Shown piece after piece: positions 17,827 through 24,502 of a stretch of 24,502 nucleotides of DNA (its first letter is position 1; each line of letters begins with the position of its first letter). The notes below the pieces were generated by a model, which was given only the letters and a program-made list of their open reading frames with translations, searched no databases and was not told the DNA's origin. The position numbers and the translations under genes are program-made. The DNA is taken from the NCBI GenBank assembly GCA_016839945.1, contig JAEOTE010000055.1, positions 1 through 24,502 on the forward strand. The letters run 5' to 3'. This DNA is from Candidatus Heimdallarchaeota archaeon. GTDB taxonomy: Archaea; Asgardarchaeota; Heimdallarchaeia; Heimdallarchaeales; Heimdallarchaeaceae.

Positions 17827-17951
17827 GACTCTCACAATCGACCAATGGAATATTAATAAAAAGTTGTTGATTAACTCTTTGATTTGAATAAAAGACCTTA
17901 CATCTCGTTTTCATCAACAGTTTTATAATCGTTACAAGATTCTAACTTTTT

Positions 17952-18605
17952 GTGACTGAATACTCTGAAACTTCAACATTTGAATCTTTTTGGAAAACAA
18001 ATCTTCCAACAAGGAATTTTTTCATTGTCATTCTTGTTGTATACTTAATCATAACAATCATCACACTTGCTACTGTTCAGATAAATGACATCGTTGATTT
18101 TTTTTCAATTTCAGAAAATATCTTAGTAGTTATAGGACAATATAATGCTAAGGTCTATAGTGGACACATTTACCAACTTTTTACATCAATTTTTGTGCAC
18201 TTTAATATTCTGCATTTTCTCTCAAACTGCTTATTTCTGTTCATTTTTGGATTAAGAGCTGAAGAAAATCTACTATCATGGCATTATTATCTTATTTTTA
18301 TAGTTTCAGGATTAATGGGAGGTCTTTTATCTCTCTCATTTGGACCTAATGTTATATCAGCAGGTGCAAGTGGTGGAATTTTTGGTTTATTAGGCACAGA
18401 TTTAATTCTTGCTTATGAAGAGAATAAAAGAAGATCTATTTGGAGCCATTTGGGAGCAGGAGTTATTTTTCTTGCAATATCTGGGGGTTTGAATGTTAAT
18501 TTTTTGGCACATGCGATAGGTTTGGTTTCGGGTATACTACTTCCATTATTTATATTAAAAAAACGCAAAAGAAGTTCTTTTTCTCAGATTAAAGAAGCGT
18601 CATGA
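17952..18605 (+). CDS. Rhomboid-family intramembrane serine protease
   Basis: QLFTSIFVH..ILHFLSN, GASGGIFG (catalytic Ser), AHAIG (catalytic His) and about 6 TMs. Confidence 0.92.
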   Translation: MTEYSETSTFESFWKTNLPTRNFFIVILVVYLIITIITLATVQINDIVDFFSISENILVVIGQYNAKVYSGHIYQLFTSIFVHFNILHFLSNCLFLFIFGLRAEENLLSWHYYLIFIVSGLMGGLLSLSFGPNVISAGASGGIFGLLGTDLILAYEENKRRSIWSHLGAGVIFLAISGGLNVNFLAHAIGLVSGILLPLFILKKRKRSSFSQIKEAS

Positions 18606-19286
18606 AGAATCTATATAGTCAGTTAGTTTTTTAGAATTAGATAATTCTGTTCTTATTTTCTTAGCTGTATCCCAAGATTCTCTAACATATGGTGGGAACT
18701 TATTTTGTTTCCTAAATAAATCTCGTAAGAACTTGATAGTCTTTGGATCTGCAGGATAACCTGAACCGAAATCAATACCTGTTTCTTTAGATATCTTCTG
18801 GATTTCTTTATCTCTTTGAACCTTTGCAATTATAGAAGCAGCTGAAACAACTGGATAAATTTCATCTGCTTTGTGTTTTGATATTACTCTTGCTTGAGGA
18901 AATTCGGTTTCAAAAACAAAACCAAATCTTTTCTCTTTTACATCAGCTGCATCGATGTATATCTCAATGGGTTTTACAGATATTTTTTTGGCTAAATTTA
19001 ACATAATTTTTTGTTCAATCACATTAAGTGAGTGACTCTTCCTTAACTCATCAATTTCAGCTGGAGACACATGTTTAACTTGAGTATCAGCTGCTAATTT
19101 CATTAATTTAGAATAAAGCTCTTCTCTTCTTCTTTTGGAGAGTTTCTTTGAGTCTTTAACGCCTATTTTCTTTATTTCAAGTTCTTTTTCTTTCTCAATT
19201 GCGTATGCGCATATTACCATTGGTCCTATTACAGGACCGCGACCAGCTTCATCAATTCCAATGATATATTGTTTCTTCTGAGACAT
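18600..19286 (-). CDS. rnhB: Ribonuclease HII
   Basis: GIDEAGRGPVIGPM, VKDSKKL, HKADE.YPVVSAASIIAKV.RD and GSGYPADP. ATG at 19286 follows GAAGGT. Confidence 0.96.
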   Translation of the reverse strand: MSQKKQYIIGIDEAGRGPVIGPMVICAYAIEKEKELEIKKIGVKDSKKLSKRRREELYSKLMKLAADTQVKHVSPAEIDELRKSHSLNVIEQKIMLNLAKKISVKPIEIYIDAADVKEKRFGFVFETEFPQARVISKHKADEIYPVVSAASIIAKVQRDKEIQKISKETGIDFGSGYPADPKTIKFLRDLFRKQNKFPPYVRESWDTAKKIRTELSNSKKLTDYIDSS

Positions 19287-19301
19287 TTGACAAACCTTCA
19301 A

Positions 19302-20483
19302 TTAGAATTTATTAATTATTTCAACTAATTCAACATAGGAAGCATTAGTTTTTATTCCTTCGGGATTAAAAATAGTTCTAGAAGCTTTAAAATTATTTGA
19401 TTTAAGTTGCTCGATTATTTGCTTAATTGAAACTCCACCTTTCTGGAGAAGTCTTAGAACAAATGGAATAAAGTAGAAGAAGGGTTGAGGATCCTCTTCT
19501 TCAGATACTTGAGTCAGAATTTGACTTACCTGTTTTTTTGTTGGTAAGTCCAAATCATCTAAAACATCAAACATTTTGTTAATAATTTTCTTATTATATA
19601 ATTCACCTAACCATAGAGGTCCAGCTTTTTCCAGTTTTTTCATACAAACTGGACAATGAACTGAAACATCACTTTTTTCAATTTGTTGAATTTTATAAAA
19701 AGAACATTCAGTACAAAAATAAACAAAACCTATTTTCTTGTGTTGCTCATTAGCCTTTTCTTTACTTTCTGTAATCTTTACTTTCACTCTCAAGAAATGT
19801 TCATGATGGTAACAAAACGTTGGTTCGATTGCAACACCTAATCTTCCAGCGCTTACAAGAAGATTGTATATCAAAATTCTTAGTGCAACTTCATGGCATA
19901 AGAAATGCCTAGTTGGAAGAGCATTATAAATTCTCATACAAGCATCAGAATGCTTACCACATAATACTTGAAGGTCTGTTGCTGTAATCAAAAGATATCC
20001 TTCAAACCTCATCAAAGCTCTAACTGATACTTCAAGAAAGGAGATGGGAGAACCAAATGGATCTATATCAATAACATCTATTTTCTCTTTTTTTTCAATC
20101 AAACTACTAATTGTGTTATATGCATCTGATCTTTTAGTTTCGGATTTTTTTTCGAGACATAAATCAGAAATATTTTTTTGTATTATTTCAACTGCTTTTG
20201 GATTTTTATCTCCAATTATTATTTTATCTATTTTTTCAGTAGGTAATTCTACCAAGATCCTAAAACTTCTTACACCTGTTCCTGCTAATGGATCAACTAT
20301 AGTTATAGGATGTGAGGGATCCTCAGCTATTACAGTCAGAAATAATAATGTAAAATCCCTATTTATTGTCATTTTTGGATTATAGAAGACTGATGCATCA
20401 TAGATTCTTTCAGCATCTTGGTAGATAATGAATTTAGTTTTTCCTTCCATCACTTCTTTCCAAGAATCATTGAAGGTACTCAT
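19302..20483 (-). CDS. trm1: tRNA (guanine-26,N2/N2,N2)-dimethyltransferase Trm1
   Basis: VFYNPKM..NRD, DPLAGTGVR, DIDPFGSP, TATD, HEVALRIL, a CxxC..CxxC zinc finger and GPLWLG. Confidence 0.95.
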   Translation of the reverse strand: MSTFNDSWKEVMEGKTKFIIYQDAERIYDASVFYNPKMTINRDFTLLFLTVIAEDPSHPITIVDPLAGTGVRSFRILVELPTEKIDKIIIGDKNPKAVEIIQKNISDLCLEKKSETKRSDAYNTISSLIEKKEKIDVIDIDPFGSPISFLEVSVRALMRFEGYLLITATDLQVLCGKHSDACMRIYNALPTRHFLCHEVALRILIYNLLVSAGRLGVAIEPTFCYHHEHFLRVKVKITESKEKANEQHKKIGFVYFCTECSFYKIQQIEKSDVSVHCPVCMKKLEKAGPLWLGELYNKKIINKMFDVLDDLDLPTKKQVSQILTQVSEEEDPQPFFYFIPFVLRLLQKGGVSIKQIIEQLKSNNFKASRTIFNPEGIKTNASYVELVEIINKF

Positions 20484-20506
20484 ATTAACCTACTCATTAT
20501 TACTGA

Positions 20507-21103
20507 TTAGTTGTGTTTTCTTAGCTTAAGACCAATTATATAAATTTCTGCACTTTTCTTCCTTGAAGATTTCGGCTTAAACAGCTTAATTGCTTCAAAA
20601 GACTCTTTAACCTTGTTTGTGAAATCTTGTAACTCTTTTCCCTGAAATAGTTTACACACAAAGCATCCTTCAGATTTCAGGAGAGATTGCGATAAATCTA
20701 AAGCTCTATTAGCTAGATATATCTGTGTAAAATGATCTCTGCTGTAATCTCCAGAGATGTTTGGGGAACAGTCAGAAAGAAGAACATCTATTTCACCATA
20801 GTTCTCTTCTATTAAATCCTTCAATTCCTCGTCAAAAATATCTTTATTTATAATCTCTATGTTTTCCTCTTTAAAAGGAGAGATATATGCTTTATCTATT
20901 GCTAGAACCTTTCCATTTTTACCTACTTTTTTAGATGCTACCTGTGACCATCCTCCAGGTGCAGCACCCAAATCTAATACTATCTGGTTTTTTTGAAAAA
21001 TGCTGAATTTTTGTTCAATTTCTAATAATTTGTATGAAGCTCTAGATCTATATCCCTTGTACTTCGCTTTTAGATAGTAATAATCATCACTCACAAAATT
21101 CAC
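20507..21103 (-). CDS. rlmE: rRNA large-subunit 2'-O-methyltransferase RlmE/FtsJ/RrmJ
   Basis: GYRSRASYKL, VLDLGAAPGGWSQV, LSDCSPN, VCKLFQG and KPKSSRKKSAEIY give the K-D-K-E tetrad. Confidence 0.95.
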   Translation of the reverse strand: MNFVSDDYYYLKAKYKGYRSRASYKLLEIEQKFSIFQKNQIVLDLGAAPGGWSQVASKKVGKNGKVLAIDKAYISPFKEENIEIINKDIFDEELKDLIEENYGEIDVLLSDCSPNISGDYSRDHFTQIYLANRALDLSQSLLKSEGCFVCKLFQGKELQDFTNKVKESFEAIKLFKPKSSRKKSAEIYIIGLKLRKHN

Positions 21104-21181
21104 AGTTATAATTTGTACAGCTATAAAATATTATATTGATAAAATTTCCGTCCTCCCCAATTTCTAAAGTGATAGACTAAT

Positions 21182-21634
21182 TTATTTAAAAGGTATTTTT
21201 ATTGAATCATCTTCTAAAATTTCATATTCAACAAATTTGAATGCTTGTATTTTATCTGTTGTATCTTCTTCAATAAGCCATTCATTGAATAATCTGCAAG
21301 ATACTGGATTAACAGGGTTATTAATACCACATTCGCTAATTCTATCACAAAGATAACATGGGCAAATCATTGTCATCCAACCAGTTTCTTCTTTCTTTGG
21401 TATTGTTAAGACATAATCCTTGACATTCCCTTTTTGAATCGGGATTTTTAGGATTTTATTAGTATATAAAAGCTCACTTATTTTGAGAACAATTGAGTCA
21501 TGGATACCTAATAAATCCAGAACTTCTCTGTAAAGCAGTTGTCCATTTTCTGTTCGATCAATTAGCTCTATAATTTCATCACTTAATGCGTTATTATAAT
21601 TTCTTTCAGTTCGAATTCTCTGAATTGGTATCAT
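21182..21634 (-). CDS. RPC34/RPC39-like protein (TFE-beta-like), winged helix plus 4Fe-4S Cys motif
   Basis: PCYLCDRISECGINNPVNPVSCRLFNEW matches the PCxxC-x5-C...PxxC..W Fe-S motif of archaeal RPC34 homologues. It has an N-terminal wHTH-like region and sits in gar1/trm1 context. Confidence 0.75.
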   Translation of the reverse strand: MIPIQRIRTERNYNNALSDEIIELIDRTENGQLLYREVLDLLGIHDSIVLKISELLYTNKILKIPIQKGNVKDYVLTIPKKEETGWMTMICPCYLCDRISECGINNPVNPVSCRLFNEWLIEEDTTDKIQAFKFVEYEILEDDSIKIPFK

Positions 21635-21827
21635 TCTCTATTACACCTTTATCTGACAATTATACTTAGACAAAGATAACACTAAACGTTAATCCTATCT
21701 TCAATAGATACATTCGGTTTGACCATATTTAAATCTTAACACGTGTCTAGAAAATGTATTTTATTGAATGAGTTTCATAACATTAAAAATTGATTAAAAA
21801 TTTGCGACAAAAATTCTTACACAAGGT

Positions 21828-22151
21828 TTAGTTTTGTTTTGTATTTTGTAATTTTCTTGATTTTTTTCCTTTTGTGATTTTCTTTTGCCTTACATCTAGA
21901 GGTTTCCTATCGATTATGTAAAGCACAGTATCTTTTGGGATTTTATCCTTAAATTGAGGTTTTAGTTTAACACTTACATATGGTTTTTTTACTGGCCCAA
22001 AAATATCAAAAACATTACCAATATGTTCCATATTTTCATTGACAACGTTTGACCCAATTTTGGGGAGTTTACCAGGATTGTAAATGATAGCATTTCCAAT
22101 GTCAGAGAAATGAACTATTGAACCAAGTTTCTTAATGCGAGAAGGGATCAT
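21828..22151 (-). CDS. gar1: H/ACA RNP subunit Gar1/Naf1
   Basis: IGNVFDIFGPVKKPYVSVK and a basic tail; it lies next to srp19. Confidence 0.88.
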   Translation of the reverse strand: MIPSRIKKLGSIVHFSDIGNAIIYNPGKLPKIGSNVVNENMEHIGNVFDIFGPVKKPYVSVKLKPQFKDKIPKDTVLYIIDRKPLDVRQKKITKGKKSRKLQNTKQN

Positions 22152-22189
22152 GAAATCATCTACCTATTCCTGAATTTCAAGAAGAAAAA

Positions 22190-22537
22190 CTATTTCTTAG
22201 TTTTAGTAGAACTTTTGGTTTTTTTCTGATCTTGAGGTTTTTCTACTTTCTTTAATTTTCTTGAGATATTCGCAATTCTGCGAATTAAATCTGTTTTACT
22301 TGTAATTCCCTCAGGATTTACTATAATCCTACCCTCACTATTCCACCAGTTTTTTGAATATTTTTTATCTTTTTCAATTTCATAGTCAAGTTCTAAATGC
22401 TTGCATGCATAAACAATCTTAGATAAGGTACAGTTCTCTACAGCTCTATTTCTTGGTATTTTCCTACCTTGTTTCCTTGATAAGGATTTATTAAAATATT
22501 CAGGATAAAGAACAAAATACTTTTTTCTTCTTAACAT
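22190..22537 (-). CDS. srp19: Signal recognition particle protein SRP19
   Basis: VLYPEYFNKSLSRKQGRKIP...AV...KKY...W...GRIIV. Confidence 0.92.
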   Translation of the reverse strand: MLRRKKYFVLYPEYFNKSLSRKQGRKIPRNRAVENCTLSKIVYACKHLELDYEIEKDKKYSKNWWNSEGRIIVNPEGITSKTDLIRRIANISRKLKKVEKPQDQKKTKSSTKTKK

Positions 22538-22578
22538 GATTCAGCCTTTTTTTTTATATTCTTAAATTATTTGGAATT

Positions 22579-22980
22579 TTATTCTTCAGTTTCTTTTTTC
22601 TCAATTAAAATTCCGTTAATAGTTCCATGCTGACCAGGTCTACTAGTAATCATTGCTTTTCCAATTTCAGTATCAATGATACATCCCTTTGTGATAATAC
22701 GTCTTCTGGCGTATTCACGGTTTGCTTTGTTTTCAAGAACATTAGTTATTTTGACTTTGGTGGATTCCCCTGTAGATTGATCAAGAATATTTGCATACTC
22801 ATCTCTTAGAACTCTAATTTTGCTATGACCACCACGAGTTCTGATATGTTTAAGACTTTTTTCACCTATTTGTGTTTCAGCGGGATATCTTCCCATATCT
22901 CTTTTCTTTTTTGAAGCAGCTCTTCTAATAAGACCGCCAGAGAGTTTTCTTCTTGACCTTTTTAACCATTGATAAGGCAA
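22579..22980 (-). CDS. rps8e: 30S ribosomal protein S8e
   Basis: SRRKLSGG...KKKRDMGR, RTRGG, N.AN.EYARRRIITKG and TSRPGQHGTING. TTG start follows a GGTGA SD. Confidence 0.96.
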   Translation of the reverse strand: MPYQWLKRSRRKLSGGLIRRAASKKKRDMGRYPAETQIGEKSLKHIRTRGGHSKIRVLRDEYANILDQSTGESTKVKITNVLENKANREYARRRIITKGCIIDTEIGKAMITSRPGQHGTINGILIEKKETEE

Positions 22981-23118
22981 TTCTTTTCACCTTGGAACCC
23001 ATCTTTTCTGTTTAAATATAAGAGTTTCCATTACATAGTCATGAGAATATCCCTTAAAACGTGAGATACATCCAAAAACTAGAGAAAAATCTAAAAGCAA
23101 AGAACTTATTTTTTATTT

Positions 23119-24502
23119 ATGAACAATAAGCATGTTCTCTTCTTATTGCTATGTTTCTTGCTCTTTCCATTTGCGGTTTTGAATACAACTTTTTCAAGCA
23201 CAGAAAGTGATTCTTTATTCTACATTGCTAATAAAGATTCATTAGAAGTTGGAGATTTTATTCAAGCTGAAAACCAATTAACAAATTCACGTTGGAAATA
23301 TCCAATGAAATCAAAGATTATCCAGAGTAAGTTGATTGAATATGAAAATAGAGCTCTTCTATCTTTTTTTGATTTTGAGGATAGAGATGCATTTCAAGAG
23401 CTTGCTAAACAAATTGGGATTCGAATTGAAAAAATATACAATCCAATTCCAGCAATTACTATAAGCTACAATAAAGAACAGATTTTGAATGTAGATTTCA
23501 GTGGTTTTGAGGTTAAATATGTTTATCCTATTGGAACTAACTCCTATTTCATTCCCCAAAATATAGACAAGGAATTAAGTGGGAGAATAGATATGAAAGA
23601 AATACGTGAAGCTCTAGAAATTGATGTCATACATAATCAAGGGTATACTGGTTATGGTATGAAAATTGCTGTTCTCGACAGTGGAATGAATGTTTCTCAG
23701 GCTCCTTCTCTAAGCACTCTTCGTATAAATGATAATGCTAAAGTTATCTACGGTTTAAATTACGTTCCAATAGAAGATTCAAATGACCGTTCAGGTCATG
23801 GTACTCATATAGCTTCAATTCTTGCAGGAAATGGAGATTTTATAATAAATGATAGAGTTGAAAGAACAGTAAATTACGGGGTGGCACCTGACGCTCAATT
23901 ATTTAATATTAAAGTTTTAGATGAAACTGGTTTCGGAGAAGATGAATGGCTTATTGATGGGTTTGCACATGCAATTGACGAAGATGCTGATGTAATATCA
24001 GCTAGCTTGACTTCAATTACTTTTGCAAAAATTGGTGATCCTGTTGAGGAACTAATGTATGAAGCTGGAAGAAGAGGAATCCCTGTCGTTGCATCTGCAG
24101 GAAATAAAGGTCCTACTTCTTCTTCAGTAGGAGCCCCTGCACTTTGGGATTACGTCCTTTCTGTTGGTGCAACTAAGAATCTTCAGGATCTTGAAATTTA
24201 CTCTTCAAGAGGCTTAAACAGGAATTTTACTTCAGCTGTTGATATTCTTGCTCCTGGTAGTTCAATTGGCGGAGCAGACGCTGCTGAAGGTGGATTAAGA
24301 TATGTTTCCGGTACATCGGTAGCAGTTCCTATTGTATCAGGAGCTTTGATACTTCTTATGCAAGCATATCCAGACATGAATATTCATGAATATGAAGCTG
24401 CACTTTTAGAAACTGCGGTGGATTTAAATCATCCTGTTTATGTTCAAGGTAATGGCCTCATTGACCCTTTAGCTGCATTTGAATATCTCGAAAACAATGA
24501 AC
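23119..24502 (+). CDS. S8 (subtilisin-like) serine protease, secreted; runs off the right edge
   Basis: Manual translation from ATG 23119 gives a signal peptide MNNKHVLFLLLCFLLFPFAV, a propeptide, then IAVLDSG (Asp), GHGTHIAS (His), SAGN (oxyanion Asn) and SGTSVAVP (Ser). It is open to the edge and not in the ORF track. Confidence 0.92.
   Translation, partial: MNNKHVLFLLLCFLLFPFAVLNTTFSSTESDSLFYIANKDSLEVGDFIQAENQLTNSRWKYPMKSKIIQSKLIEYENRALLSFFDFEDRDAFQELAKQIGIRIEKIYNPIPAITISYNKEQILNVDFSGFEVKYVYPIGTNSYFIPQNIDKELSGRIDMKEIREALEIDVIHNQGYTGYGMKIAVLDSGMNVSQAPSLSTLRINDNAKVIYGLNYVPIEDSNDRSGHGTHIASILAGNGDFIINDRVERTVNYGVAPDAQLFNIKVLDETGFGEDEWLIDGFAHAIDEDADVISASLTSITFAKIGDPVEELMYEAGRRGIPVVASAGNKGPTSSSVGAPALWDYVLSVGATKNLQDLEIYSSRGLNRNFTSAVDILAPGSSIGGADAAEGGLRYVSGTSVAVPIVSGALILLMQAYPDMNIHEYEAALLETAVDLNHPVYVQGNGLIDPLAAFEYLENNE

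Noticed and set aside
1183-23559. Short ORFs nested in or antisense to real genes (1183, 1954, 4351, 5446, 7624, 8010, 8233, 11539, 12410, 12474, 15354, 16261, 16638, 17690, 20044, 22627, 23359)
   Set aside because: All overlap better-supported CDSs, lack recognisable motifs and have shadow-ORF composition.
2885-24502. An SREBP-like lipid-sensing circuit (MMPL + HMGCS + intramembrane protease + S1P-like subtilase)
   Set aside because: The genes are scattered among unrelated housekeeping genes in different transcription units. The protease is a rhomboid, not an S2P, and no membrane-tethered transcription factor is present.
1-24502. CRISPR arrays, IS elements, tandem repeats, rRNA
   Set aside because: None was visible by eye. 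Intergenic gaps are all short (under about 220 nt) and no transposase-like ORF is present.

Overview
An AT-rich, gene-dense archaeal chromosome segment. It is most likely from an Asgard (Heimdallarchaeia-like) archaeon; this is inferred from the archaeal informational genes, an MglA-like GTPase, C-terminally anchored surface proteins and several orphan helical proteins. Left to right it contains: a partial hypothetical gene, a PD-(D/E)XK nuclease, an MglA-like GTPase, an HxlB-like SIS protein, an MMPL transporter / surface protein / PIN-domain operon, a coiled-coil+wHTH protein, a UPF0200 kinase, a DUF438-hemerythrin-PAS protein, a lone grpE, the HMG-CoA synthase / thiolase / DUF35 trio, a degenerate nuclease-Zn ribbon protein, YkgJ, a rhomboid protease, an RNA-metabolism cluster (rnhB, trm1, rlmE, RPC34/TFE-beta-like, gar1, srp19, rps8e) and a partial subtilase. 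No mobile element, CRISPR array, rRNA or tRNA was seen. The main unexpected signals are: (1) an unannotated GC-rich K-turn hairpin with H/ACA-guide geometry and its own TATA box at ~10873-10945; (2) a thiolase in the mevalonate trio lacking its catalytic Cys and His; (3) coupled loss of one Asp-Tyr proton-relay pair in the MMPL transporter; (4) a catalytically dead relative of the PD-(D/E)XK nuclease; (5) a large PIN-domain fusion protein with no antitoxin. All family assignments come from motif recognition by eye, not from database searches.
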